A stretch of 64,000 bases of DNA from Candidatus Micrarchaeota archaeon. GTDB lineage: Archaea; Micrarchaeota; Micrarchaeia; Micrarchaeales; CABMGC01. Under the pieces are notes generated by a model. That model was not told the origin of the DNA, did no database searches, and saw nothing but the letters and a program-made list of their open reading frames with translations. How positions within the stretch are numbered: position 1 is the first letter of the stretch; each line of letters begins with the position of its first letter. Location: assembly GCA_021851065.1 (NCBI GenBank), contig JAJZJQ010000005.1, positions 44 to 64,043 of the forward strand, in the 5' to 3' direction. The position numbers and the translations under genes were made by a program. Positions 1-9,600 of this stretch are shown piece by piece.

Positions 1-77
1 ATCTGGTGATTTAGGATAGCCTGATGCTCCTTTGAAGGATATGCGCGGAACTTGAACGCAGTTTTCATGACGACCAT
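1..77 (-). CDS. tnpB: TnpB-family protein, N-terminal fragment (runs off window edge)
   Basis: Manual translation MVVMKTAFKFRAYPSKEHQAILNHQ closely matches the N-terminus of the TnpB at 9497-10696 (MAIVKTTYKFRAYPSKEQKAILNLQ). Confidence 0.85.
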   Translation of the reverse strand, partial: MVVMKTAFKFRAYPSKEHQAILNHQ

Positions 78-160
78 AGTTATCTCCTCATTAAAATTTA
101 TATACGTTGCGGCGGGCTTATATCCCACCTCTGAAGAGTGTGGGTTTTACGCCCACATAG
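1..160 (-). mobile_element. Left end of an IS200/IS605-family (IS1341-like) TnpB element
   Basis: Hairpin CCCAC-CTCTGAAGAGT-GTGGG at ~124-144 upstream of tnpB; TTAT on the minus strand at 161-164; same layout as the left end at 10740-10780. Confidence 0.65.
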
Positions 161-372
161 ATAAGTACTCAGAGAACTCGCAACTGCTTAGGGAAATAGA
201 CGGCAGGCTGACCTGACCATATATTGCATTTCTCTTCCTATAGAAGAACGCCCATTCCCTACCTCCCATGGAATTCATTGCAGCATTGATCAGCCTGCCG
301 CATTGCATTATTTCGCCGCCTACTGCGTGTAATATATTACTTGCTGCGAGAGATACAATTTGGGTGAACAAG

Positions 373-1353
373 ATGGATAGGCGCAGCATTGCAGTGCTTT
401 CCCACGCAAGCGACATCGACGGTGTCGGGAGCTCTGCGCTGATAAAGGCAAAATACGGCATCCCCGCATCGATGCTGTTCTTCGCAGACTACTCGAAGCA
501 GAGCCTTGGGTATGTCGACAGCAAGCTGGCGGGCATTTACAAGAACGGCATTGTGCTTTTCATAACCGACCTTGGAGTGAACGATTCGCTAATAGCGGCG
601 TACAGGAAGATACTGCTTGCCGTGAAGAAGGGTGGCGGAAAGGTCGTGTGGTTTGACCATCACCCATGGAGCGACAGGGCCGTGAAAGAACTTGCCTCGC
701 TGTGCGATACTGCGGTTATTGGGGAGAACGAGAAGTACTGCGCAACAGAGATAACGTACAAGGAGCTTGGCATGGCCGGGGGTTTCTACAGGGATTTTGT
801 GCGTCTTGTGCATTATTCCGATTTTAACATAACCCCAAGGAGCAGGGCTGTTTATGGAAGGATAGGAGTATATGCGCTGGGCATAACCTCGTACGGCATC
901 CTGCAGTCAAGGGATGCGATGACGATGAAACTAAGGCATGTGGCCGAAGTGATAAGCAAAGGCAGGTATTACGACTCTAAAATAAAAGCCGATGCGCTGC
1001 GCTTCGAACGCCTTAACAGGGATAGGATAAGTAAGATGCTCAAGGAAATGCTGCTCTACCCGCATGCAGCCATAGGCTTCTCAAGCCATGTGCAGTCAAC
1101 AGCAGGATGCACTGCACTGATGAAACGTAGCGGCAAGGAAATCGGCATATACGTAAACACTTCGAACATGAGGGGCCACATAAGATGCGAGGACAAGGAC
1201 ATATCGGTGCTTGCCGGGGCACTTGGCGGAGGCGGGCACCCGCATGCCTCGGGATTCAATGTGCCAAGGCAGTTCAAGAAGCTGGATACATCTGCTGAAA
1301 GGAAAAGGCTTGCAGACTTCCTTGGGGAGAAGATTGAGGAGCTTGGAATCTGA
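373..1353 (+). CDS. DHH/DHHA1-family phosphoesterase (NrnA-like)
   Basis: Motifs SHASDIDG, ITDLG, FDHH and C-terminal GGGGHPHASG; start moved to ATG 373. Confidence 0.88.
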   Translation: MDRRSIAVLSHASDIDGVGSSALIKAKYGIPASMLFFADYSKQSLGYVDSKLAGIYKNGIVLFITDLGVNDSLIAAYRKILLAVKKGGGKVVWFDHHPWSDRAVKELASLCDTAVIGENEKYCATEITYKELGMAGGFYRDFVRLVHYSDFNITPRSRAVYGRIGVYALGITSYGILQSRDAMTMKLRHVAEVISKGRYYDSKIKADALRFERLNRDRISKMLKEMLLYPHAAIGFSSHVQSTAGCTALMKRSGKEIGIYVNTSNMRGHIRCEDKDISVLAGALGGGGHPHASGFNVPRQFKKLDTSAERKRLADFLGEKIEELGI

Positions 1354-1411
1354 TTTATGGCATCCCCGTGTCAAAATGGCATGGGATTTTGCAGCCACGA
1401 TATTATAGGGG

Positions 1412-2620
1412 CTACTTTAGCACGCTGTAGCCTGAAAGTCTCCATCTCTGGGCAAAGTTCCTTAATATTGAGATTTTGGCGTTCCGATCTATGCATACTG
1501 TGTGCTTGAAATCGACCTGGACCCTGTCCTTTCTTGCCTTCTTTACGTATCCGACCACAGTCCCTGTGCCTACCCCAAGAAGTATCGGCTCCCCATCCCT
1601 GAATGCTGCCTTTGGTAGGTCATCCCTGTTAAGGGAGAAGTATTTCATCTCTGCAGACTGCAGCGGCTCCGGCAGCTTGCCTGCAAGGCCAAGGACCTGG
1701 CCGACCAGGCCGTCCGCCTTCGTGAACGATGGATCCATGTCGGTGCCTATGGCTATAAGGCCGCCTGCAACTGCCTCGTCCAGATGCTCGGATCCTGCAG
1801 ACAGGCTCTCCACTTTCGTGAATATCGGCTCGTACGTCTCCCTCTTTGTCCTGTCTTTTGCAGTGTTTATGCCTGGCCTTATCTCTATCTCGTCGCCGAC
1901 CTTGAGCTTGCCGCGTATTATGGAACCGCCGATGACTCCTCCCTTGAGGTCCTTTATAGCTGTTCCGGGCCTGTTGACGTCAAAGGATCTTGCAACGTAC
2001 ATCACAGGGTCTGACGCCGTGTCCCTTTCAGGCATCTTCAGCTTGACTATCTCCTCGAGCACAGCGTCGACGTTGACATTCTTGTTTGCCATGACAGGCA
2101 CTACAGGCGCATTCTCTATCCTGCTGCCCTTTAGGAACTTCTGTATCTGCGCGTAGTGGGCTTTTGCCTTCTCCTTTCCTACTATGTCTATCTTAGTCTG
2201 CACCACCACTACGCGGTCTATGTTGAGCGCGTTTATTATCATCAGGTGCTCTTTTGTCTGCGGCATGGGGCACGGCTCCGCAGCTGATATGACGAACATT
2301 GCGGCGTCGATTATGCTGGATCCGGCTATCGCAGTGGCCATGAGGGTTTCGTGGCCGGGCGAGTCCAGCAGCGATATCTTGCGCACTGGAATTGACTTTG
2401 AGCCGTCAATGCAGGTATCGGACGTGGTGTAGGTTGTCTGCCCGCCGGCCTCGCACTTTGAGATAGTTGCGTCAGCATAGCCCAGCTTTATTGTCATGCT
2501 TCTCTTTACGCTCTCGCTGTGGGTGTCTGTCCACTGGTGGGTTATGGCCGATGTAAGCGTGGTCTTGCCGTGGTCCACGTGTCCAAGCGTGCCTATGTTG
2601 AATTCGCTCTGCTTAAGCAT
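1412..2620 (-). CDS. eif2g: Translation initiation factor aIF2 gamma subunit
   Basis: NIGTLGHVDHGKTT, DTHSES..RSMTIKLGYA, DSPGHE, PQTKEH, RSFDVNRPG, RWRL. Confidence 0.97.
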   Translation of the reverse strand: MLKQSEFNIGTLGHVDHGKTTLTSAITHQWTDTHSESVKRSMTIKLGYADATISKCEAGGQTTYTTSDTCIDGSKSIPVRKISLLDSPGHETLMATAIAGSSIIDAAMFVISAAEPCPMPQTKEHLMIINALNIDRVVVVQTKIDIVGKEKAKAHYAQIQKFLKGSRIENAPVVPVMANKNVNVDAVLEEIVKLKMPERDTASDPVMYVARSFDVNRPGTAIKDLKGGVIGGSIIRGKLKVGDEIEIRPGINTAKDRTKRETYEPIFTKVESLSAGSEHLDEAVAGGLIAIGTDMDPSFTKADGLVGQVLGLAGKLPEPLQSAEMKYFSLNRDDLPKAAFRDGEPILLGVGTGTVVGYVKKARKDRVQVDFKHTVCIDRNAKISILRNFAQRWRLSGYSVLK

Positions 2621-2625
2621 GGTTA

Positions 2626-3105
2626 TCAGATATTTAGCTTCTTCCCGCTGATGATGTCATTAATTGCTTTACGCGTATAGGTATTTAATCGTAACCTGAG
2701 GGCACTGCGCGGCCTTATCCACAGGTACTGCTGCAATTCGTCGCCATCAAGCCTTACTTCTTCGGTTATCGCATCGCACATAACGTCAATGAAGATGAAG
2801 TGCCTCTTCTTGAAGAAATTCTTTGGATAGATTGCCTGCTGTATGTTGATGGCGTGCCTGTACCTGACCTTAAGCCCGGTCTCCTCGAGCGCCTCGCGCT
2901 GCGCCGTCTGGCTTATGCTCTCCCCAAGTTCCACGTGCCCGCCAGGCACTGCGTACAGCCCGGGCCATTTGTAACTTTTGACCAGCAGCAGCTCTCCTTT
3001 TTTGCCCATTATGAATGTGCCTATAGCTACTTCGGGATATGCCTGCGGCCTTGACGGGGATGATTTGGGCTTCCCCGCCTGTGTGCGCCTTGGAGCTGGG
3101 GTCAT
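2626..3105 (-). CDS. NUDIX hydrolase
   Basis: Nudix box GGHVELGESISQTAQREALEETGL. Confidence 0.9.
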   Translation of the reverse strand: MTPAPRRTQAGKPKSSPSRPQAYPEVAIGTFIMGKKGELLLVKSYKWPGLYAVPGGHVELGESISQTAQREALEETGLKVRYRHAINIQQAIYPKNFFKKRHFIFIDVMCDAITEEVRLDGDELQQYLWIRPRSALRLRLNTYTRKAINDIISGKKLNI

Positions 3106-3491
3106 TCGGCCTTCTTCTCTTTTGGCTTGAAGAGCTCCTCTATGGGCTTTGCTCCGTACTCCGTTATCACGGTATTGACCTGGGCCGTATCTGCGCTTAT
3201 TGTTCTTCCGCGTATGGATCTTCTCGCCCTAAAGCCCTTGCTAGGGTGCCTCACCCCAGGACCGCTTGCTATGAGGGGCCTTGCCTTCCTTGTGCCCTCG
3301 ATCTCGGCCCTTGAAGGAGCGCCTGCGCTGTCGCTAAGCCCCGTTATCTGAAGCTTGAATCCGTCTAGCCCGGCCACGCTGCCGTCTATAACCTGGCCCA
3401 TCTCAATTCCCACGAGGGTATTCTCCCTGTCCTTGGGCACGTCTACCTGTGCGGTCTTGCCTGTTTTCTTGTCAGAATATACCAGTTTCAT
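3102..3491 (-). CDS. rps6e: 30S ribosomal protein S6e
   Basis: MKLVYSDKKTGKT..., LQITGLSDSAGAP, RRSIRGRTI..AQVN; upstream of aIF2-gamma as is usual in archaea. Confidence 0.93.
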   Translation of the reverse strand: MKLVYSDKKTGKTAQVDVPKDRENTLVGIEMGQVIDGSVAGLDGFKLQITGLSDSAGAPSRAEIEGTRKARPLIASGPGVRHPSKGFRARRSIRGRTISADTAQVNTVITEYGAKPIEELFKPKEKKAE

Positions 3492-3510
3492 GATATCACA
3501 AAAATAAAGC

Positions 3511-5679
3511 CTATCGGTACATGCTCTGCGGCTCTTCCTTGAACCTGCTTATCCTGTCCGCAACCTCCTTTGGAACGGCAGGCTTGACCTCGGCCATCGC
3601 ATGCTTGAAGTCCTCCATGGTTACTATATCCTTGCTGTGGCGTATGGCGTTCATTCCGGCTTCCCTGCACAGGTTCTCTATCTCTGCTCCGGTGTAGTTG
3701 TCGGTCATCTCGGCGAGGTCCTCCCTGGTAACGTCCTTGTCCAGAGGCATCTTGCGCATGTGTATGCCGAATATCTTGAGCCTTGCCTCGTAGTCAGGCA
3801 TAGGTATGTCTATTATCTTGTCGAACCTGCCTGGCCTGAGCAGAGCCGGATCTATGTCCTCCGGCCTGTTAGTCGCAGCAAGCACCACCACGTTCTTTAG
3901 TTCCTTTAGACCGTCCATCTCCGTGAGCAGAGTGTCCACTACGCGCTGCGAGACCCTGCTGCCAGGATCGTCTCCAGACGCTCCCCTTGCATTGGTTATG
4001 GAGTCTATCTCATCTATGAATATGATGCACGGTGCGGCAAGCCTTGCTTTCCTGAAGATCTCCCTGACTGTCTTCTCGCTGTCGCCCACATACTTGCTGA
4101 GCACCTCCGGCCCGTTTATTGATATGAAGTTTGATTCGCGCTCTGTTGCCACTGCCTTGGCAAGAAGCGTCTTGCCTACGCCTGGAGGCCCCACGAGCAG
4201 CAGCCCCTTGATAGGCCTTATGCCCATCTTCTGGAACGACTCCGGGCTCTTTATTGGAAGATCTATGGATTCGCGCAGTTCGTCCTTTACCTTGTCCAGC
4301 GCGCCTATGTCGCTCCAGTGCACGTTGGGCCTCTCCACGAAGACCTCTCTGAGAGCGCTTGGCTGTATGTTCCTCATCGCGTCGCCAAAGTTGCCCATGG
4401 ATACCTTGAGGTTCATGAGCTTGTTGCTTGGTATTGGCTGCGAGTAGTCTATGTCTGGCAGCACCTCCCTTAGCTTTGCCATTGCAGCCTCCCTCACAAG
4501 AGCGGCAAGGTCTGCTCCGGTGTAGCCATGTGTCATGTTTGCCAGCTCGTCTACCTTTACATCTTCAGCAAGCGGCACGTTGCGCGTGTGTATCTGCAGT
4601 ATCGTCTTTCGCGCCTCGCGGCTTGGCACGCCTATCTCTATCTCGCGATCAAACCTGCCTGGCCTACGCAGGGCAGGATCTATTGAATCCGGGCGGTTTG
4701 TAGCGCCCAGCACTATCACCTGGCCGCGAGTATTCATGCCGTCCATGAGTGTCAGCAGCTGGGATACCATCCTCTTTTCCACTTCATTTGCAGCGTCGTC
4801 CCTTCTTGGGGCTATTGCATCTATTTCATCCATGAATATTATTGTAGGGGCCTTCTCGTTTGCCTGCCTGAATATCTCCCTTAGCTTCTCCTCGCTCTCG
4901 CCTACGAATTTGCTAACAAGCTCTGGCCCTGAGATCGATATGAAGTTGGCATCGCTCTCGTTGGCAACTGCCTTGGCAAGCAGCGTCTTTCCTGTGCCCG
5001 GGCTGCCATACAAAAGCACTCCTCGCGGAGGCTCTATGCCAAGGGCTTCAAACAGCTCCGGACGGCGTATGGGAAGCTCCACCATCTCCCTTATCTTCTG
5101 CTTTGCATCATCAAGGCCGCCTATATCCTCGTAGTGCACGTCGCCTATCTTCACCTGCGACTCTGGAACTGGTTCGGTGCGCACATTGAAGTTTGTCGTG
5201 TTTGCAACCCTGACTATCCCATGTGGCACGACCTGGATGACTATGAAGTTGAACACAATCCCAAACATAGGTATTGGTACCGAGTCCCCTTTTGCCAGCG
5301 GCCTTCCCTCAAGCCTTCTCTTTGCGTACTCGGCGAAGTCCGGCGAGAGCGGCGGCTTTTGGCCTGGAGGCGGGGCTATGACAACGCGCTCTGCGTCCTT
5401 TACGACTGCCTTTGATATGAATACCTTGTCCCCTATGCCTACGCCAAGGTTCTGGCGCAGGTATCCGTCTATCCTTATGAAGCCCAGGCCTTCGTCGCTG
5501 GGATGTGCCTGCCATGCGACAGCGGCAGTAGTCTTGAGCCTGCCCTTTATCTCTATTATGTCTCCGGTGTTTATGCCAAGCAGGTTGCGCGACTTGGAGT
5601 CTACTCTGGCTATGCTGCGCCCTGAATCCGTAACCAGCGCGTCTGCGACTGTAAGCTCCATCGTATTTGCCATAAGCAA
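3511..5679 (-). CDS. cdc48: CDC48/VCP-family AAA+ ATPase
   Basis: N-domain plus two AAA modules (GSPGTGKT, GPPGVGKT; DEID; DPALRRPGRFD). Confidence 0.97.
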   Translation of the reverse strand: MLMANTMELTVADALVTDSGRSIARVDSKSRNLLGINTGDIIEIKGRLKTTAAVAWQAHPSDEGLGFIRIDGYLRQNLGVGIGDKVFISKAVVKDAERVVIAPPPGQKPPLSPDFAEYAKRRLEGRPLAKGDSVPIPMFGIVFNFIVIQVVPHGIVRVANTTNFNVRTEPVPESQVKIGDVHYEDIGGLDDAKQKIREMVELPIRRPELFEALGIEPPRGVLLYGSPGTGKTLLAKAVANESDANFISISGPELVSKFVGESEEKLREIFRQANEKAPTIIFMDEIDAIAPRRDDAANEVEKRMVSQLLTLMDGMNTRGQVIVLGATNRPDSIDPALRRPGRFDREIEIGVPSREARKTILQIHTRNVPLAEDVKVDELANMTHGYTGADLAALVREAAMAKLREVLPDIDYSQPIPSNKLMNLKVSMGNFGDAMRNIQPSALREVFVERPNVHWSDIGALDKVKDELRESIDLPIKSPESFQKMGIRPIKGLLLVGPPGVGKTLLAKAVATERESNFISINGPEVLSKYVGDSEKTVREIFRKARLAAPCIIFIDEIDSITNARGASGDDPGSRVSQRVVDTLLTEMDGLKELKNVVVLAATNRPEDIDPALLRPGRFDKIIDIPMPDYEARLKIFGIHMRKMPLDKDVTREDLAEMTDNYTGAEIENLCREAGMNAIRHSKDIVTMEDFKHAMAEVKPAVPKEVADRISRFKEEPQSMYR

Positions 5680-5829
5680 TCAGCAGTATAACTTATTGAA
5701 AGAAGGATTATAAAGGCTTTTTATGAATCACGGGGCAGAAATAGCCCCGGTGCTTTTGACGGCGCAAGGCTTATAATGCTTTTGTGTATATTATAGTGGA
5801 TTGTTCTAACCCTGAAATTAGGTATCATT

Positions 5830-5982
5830 ATGGGAAAGTTTCCGCTAGCAGACGAGGTTCTTGGAGGCATGGTAATATGCAGAAGGTGCAAGGCTAGGAA
5901 CAAGGCTGGCGTTGAGAAATGCAGGAAGTGCGGATGCAGGTACCTTCGGGCCAAGAGGAAGGAGAAGAGGGTAAAGAAGTAG
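5830..5982 (+). CDS. rpl40e: 50S ribosomal protein L40e (missing from ORF track)
   Basis: Manual translation MGKFPLADEVLGGMVICRRCKARNKAGVEKCRKCGCRYLRAKRKEKRVKK; CxxC-ARN-CRKCG-LRxK pattern. Confidence 0.93.
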   Translation: MGKFPLADEVLGGMVICRRCKARNKAGVEKCRKCGCRYLRAKRKEKRVKK

Positions 5983-6023
5983 CCGCTGCGTGCTCATGCT
6001 GAATTATGCAATAATGTGATCGT

Positions 6024-6248
6024 ATGGTGGATTTGAATCCCATAGAAAGCCTTGTTGTCCAGGCCATGAAGGACCTTGGAGCTACAAGCGACGAGAAGAA
6101 GAAGACCGCGGATGACATAGCAAAGAAGTGCAACAGGCCAAAGAGCATGGTGAATAACGCGCTTGTCACCCTCATGCAAAAAAGCGTCATAAAGAGAGTT
6201 GCAAGAGAGAAAGCTTCAGGATATTACGTTGTGCCCGGAACAGCATAA
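6024..6248 (+). CDS. Small winged-helix-like DNA-binding protein
   Basis: TADDIAKKCNRPKSMVNNALVTLMQKSVIKR...GYYV fits a wHTH; lies in the rpL40e gene run. Confidence 0.7.
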   Translation: MVDLNPIESLVVQAMKDLGATSDEKKKTADDIAKKCNRPKSMVNNALVTLMQKSVIKRVAREKASGYYVVPGTA

Positions 6249-6267
6249 TTCCAAACAGCGTGCTAAA

Positions 6268-7173
6268 ATGCCAGATTCTGACTCCATAGACTTCATGGCG
6301 AAGTACAAGGAGTGGAATATATCAAGCAGCATGCCTGCAACTGATTCTACCGCTACCAAGGACATCGCAGCATTCCTTGCATACGTCAGGGAGGAAACAG
6401 AGCTTAAGTCTTTCACGGTTCTTGGAATAGACATGCATATTCTAGACACATATGCAGCAAGGATAACAAGACCTGAGCAGAAAGGCAACCACAGTGGCAT
6501 AATAGAGATATACAAACAGCTTGGCTCACCGGATTCTGCTGAAGCAATCATGAAATCAGTGAATTCGAAGGAGGAACTTGCCCCTTTTGCAAAAGCTTAT
6601 CTGCTAAGAAGCTGCCTTGACAGGACAGGAACTCTGTTTTACCTTCAGAAAAACAGCAGGGCGCTTGCAGGGAACACTCTTTCAAGGACCATAAAGCAGG
6701 GCAAGGCTCAGTTCGAGGGCGAAGGGATATCATTCATGGCCAAGTATAAGAGCTGGGTATCGATAAAGAAGATGGGGATATATGATAACACAAAGCCTGA
6801 AGAGATCTCGGCCCATCTAACGCAGATAAGGAACGCCGTTGACAGGAAGAGCTTTGCCATACTTGGAGTGAATGTTGACAGGCTTGATTCCTACGCGGCG
6901 CAGGTTACAGGGAGCATGAGAAAGAGCCTGGCAAACCTGCAGAAGATAATCGAGGCAGCAAGTGCAGCGCAGGCGGCCAAGGAGATAGAAGAGTCATGCA
7001 TGGGCAATGCTGCACTCAAGGAGGCTGCGCAGGCATACCTCTTCAGCTCAATGTTCAGGAACCTGAAAGTGGACTATTACGTAAACACTGACGTGCTTAT
7101 GGATGTGTTCCCGGGCCTTAAGATACCAAAACCTAAGGGAAGGATGCCGGGCCAGAAGAAGAAAAAGCAGTAA
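6268..7173 (+). CDS. Conserved archaeal protein with two DUF2666-like repeats
   Basis: Internal duplication (IDFMAKYKEW...KSFTVLGID / ISFMAKYKSW...KSFAILGVN); basic C-terminal tail; family name from memory. Confidence 0.65.
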   Translation: MPDSDSIDFMAKYKEWNISSSMPATDSTATKDIAAFLAYVREETELKSFTVLGIDMHILDTYAARITRPEQKGNHSGIIEIYKQLGSPDSAEAIMKSVNSKEELAPFAKAYLLRSCLDRTGTLFYLQKNSRALAGNTLSRTIKQGKAQFEGEGISFMAKYKSWVSIKKMGIYDNTKPEEISAHLTQIRNAVDRKSFAILGVNVDRLDSYAAQVTGSMRKSLANLQKIIEAASAAQAAKEIEESCMGNAALKEAAQAYLFSSMFRNLKVDYYVNTDVLMDVFPGLKIPKPKGRMPGQKKKKQ

Positions 7174-7283
7174 GTGCCTGGTCTTCATTTTGGCATGCCT
7201 TGGCGCGGTTGAGTAGGATTCGTGCAGGATTATTAACTTTATCTTACGACCAACATTATGGCGTTAGCCATGGGGTTAGTGCG

Positions 7284-8324
7284 ATGGGCAGATTAGGCAT
7301 AGTTGTTGTGCAGCTGTCTGTATTTATGCTGCTTGTCGCAGTAAAGGCGCAGTCCAGCGGCTATTATGACATACAGCAGGGCGCCGACCTTGCGGGTAAC
7401 TACAGCGCTCTTGCATACATAGTGAATGCCACTGCGTCGCCAGCCTCGGATTCCTCGGTGTATTATCTTGTCAATGGAGTGTCTAACACAGGTTTCTGGT
7501 ATCAGCTAGGCCTGGCATATACGCCCAGTGCATACCCAGAATTCTACATCATATATGCAGTATTCGACCCCACTGGAGACATTGTGTATCCTTTCGGTTG
7601 CAGGTGCTCTGGAGTGATTGCAATGAATGGCATAAGCAGCGCTGACAGGATCCTGCTGGACATGTATTTTCGCGATGGCAAGGTGCACATGGTGGCATAT
7701 GACATGAATACCCGCGCCTTGGCCTCGGCTAACTTCAGCGCCTTCGGGGCCACAGTCTTTACTGCGAAGACCAACCAGACTTCGCATACGATATTCATAA
7801 ACGGCAATGGGCAGTTCCTTACAGGCCCCATGACAGAGATAATAGCGCCGCAGGGCAAGTATTCCAGCGTGCCGCAGGCATATGTGCCGTATGGCAAATA
7901 CAACGCCTCGGCCTGGCTCTTTGCAGACGAGTTCACATGCAGCGACGCGCAGTGCAACGGAGGCCTGCCAGTTTTCTACACGGGCACCAACGGCTCCGTG
8001 GCCCCATCCCCAGCGTATGTGCTGCAAAGCAATGCTGGCCAGGAAGCATACTTTGGCGACGGCGCCTTTGTAAGCCAGTATTCCCCCGGAGCCCCTGAGC
8101 CGCAGGCGTATTCCAAGCGCATAACTGCAGCAAATGCCACCATCGTGCGCAATACTGTTTCAAGCGTGCCTTTGATAAACGGATTTGAGATATTTCTTGC
8201 AACCATGGCTGCAATCGTGCTTGTGGTAGTGACAATATACTATGCAATAAAGCGCGTTGGAGGAGGCAAGAATGGCGGCGAAGCCACGCGCCCCATAAAC
8301 AAGCATGCCGAGTCTTTTGACTGA
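7284..8324 (+). CDS. Secreted, C-terminally anchored beta-rich protein, possibly glutamic-peptidase (G1)-like
   Basis: Signal peptide, C-terminal TM, many N-x-S/T sequons; WYQLGL...TGPMTE. Confidence 0.65.
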   Translation: MGRLGIVVVQLSVFMLLVAVKAQSSGYYDIQQGADLAGNYSALAYIVNATASPASDSSVYYLVNGVSNTGFWYQLGLAYTPSAYPEFYIIYAVFDPTGDIVYPFGCRCSGVIAMNGISSADRILLDMYFRDGKVHMVAYDMNTRALASANFSAFGATVFTAKTNQTSHTIFINGNGQFLTGPMTEIIAPQGKYSSVPQAYVPYGKYNASAWLFADEFTCSDAQCNGGLPVFYTGTNGSVAPSPAYVLQSNAGQEAYFGDGAFVSQYSPGAPEPQAYSKRITAANATIVRNTVSSVPLINGFEIFLATMAAIVLVVVTIYYAIKRVGGGKNGGEATRPINKHAESFD

Positions 8325-8471
8325 TCCCATAGCGCAGCTGCATTGCCCGCGGGCCAAACGGGATTCCCCTAGCAAAGACCTGTTTATTCGGGGCTTTGAA
8401 GAAGCTGCGTAAGGATTGGCAGCGCCATCCCCCGCACGCTGCTTTTTATATCTTGCTTGAGAGCTTATTTC

Positions 8472-9386
8472 ATGCAGTTAAGTGTCGATCTAGCTCTGAA
8501 GGACGCGCTTGTGGGCCTGTTCAAGGACAAGCAGCTGCTCCTTATAGCCGTAATAAATGCACTCATACTAAGCGCATTTTCTTATTATATCATCTCAAGT
8601 GCCCTGCACCCTCTGCTAAGCTCTCTTGCAAGTACACCAGCAAATGCTGGTGCGCAGCTTGGCAGCATAGTAGGATGGTTCATATCAGTACTGGCAATCG
8701 AGATAGTAGTATGGCTGGTATCGCTGTTCTTTGTGGTGGCGATAATGGCAAAGGCGTACAATGGAGCTAAGATGGGCATAATGGACGCACTGGGATATGC
8801 CGCCAGGAGATATCTTGGAGCACTTGCCGTAGCCATATTGCTTGCCCTGATAGCAACGGTGCCTTATATCATAGTAATTCTTTCTGCCATCGCAAGTCCC
8901 ATATTATTCCTTTTTCTGTTCGTGATTTACGCAGTGGGCATAATTTATCTCTCAATATCCCTCTGTGTGGCCCTGCCTTTCTCTGTGCTTGGAAGGAAGG
9001 GGCCTGTTGCCTCGTTGACATCCAGCCTTGCGGTAGTCAGGGGCAACTGGTGGCGCATATTTGCCATCTTCTTCGTTATCGGCATAATTTACTACATAAT
9101 AGTGCTTATACTAGAGGTTCCAATGCTGATCGAGATATTCTCGCCTGTAACCAGCGTGGTTCATACTGCCGGAGCAGGCGGCGCGGTTAACGGAACTACG
9201 CTTAGTTCGCAGATCTTCAGCGGCGAGGAGAAGGCATTTTCGTCGCCGCTTTTTGTGGTAGCGTCATTTGTTGGCACGCTGCTATATGCATGGTTCATAA
9301 TAGCCCTAGCATCGATATACAGGCAGTTTCAGGGGCCGCAGCCAAAAATGCAGAAGGGCAGAAAGAATGTGCCTGCACCAGCATAA
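8472..9386 (+). CDS. Polytopic membrane protein (about 6 TM)
   Basis: Hydrophobic helices; ...SLTSSLAVVRGNWWRIF motif. Confidence 0.75.
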   Translation: MQLSVDLALKDALVGLFKDKQLLLIAVINALILSAFSYYIISSALHPLLSSLASTPANAGAQLGSIVGWFISVLAIEIVVWLVSLFFVVAIMAKAYNGAKMGIMDALGYAARRYLGALAVAILLALIATVPYIIVILSAIASPILFLFLFVIYAVGIIYLSISLCVALPFSVLGRKGPVASLTSSLAVVRGNWWRIFAIFFVIGIIYYIIVLILEVPMLIEIFSPVTSVVHTAGAGGAVNGTTLSSQIFSGEEKAFSSPLFVVASFVGTLLYAWFIIALASIYRQFQGPQPKMQKGRKNVPAPA

Positions 9387-9421
9387 CTGGATAATCACAG
9401 ACCATGCTGTTTTTCCCTACA

Positions 9422-9600
9422 GCCAGCTGGCAGTTTGATAGGTGACATCCTCCCACAACTGAAGTCTGTGGGCTTCCAATGGTGCTTTTTGATTGGTCAT
9501 CGTGAAGCACCAAGTATAGTTCCTGATTCAGCGGCATCCGCCTTCATGTGCGAAGGTCTTACAATGTCTCCAGAGGCGTGACTTCCCGAATGTCCTTCGG
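9422..9600 (-). ncRNA. Predicted TnpB omega/reRNA (scaffold plus ~20-nt flank-derived guide)
   Basis: Structured right end overlapping the tnpB 3' end (GGTGCT...AGCACC stem and terminal hairpin); 5' boundary uncertain. Confidence 0.6.

Noticed and set aside
1476-5713. Long plus-strand ORFs (1476-2156, 3806-4447, 4535-5134, 5177-5713)
   Set aside because: Antisense shadows of aIF2gamma and CDC48 with no motifs of their own
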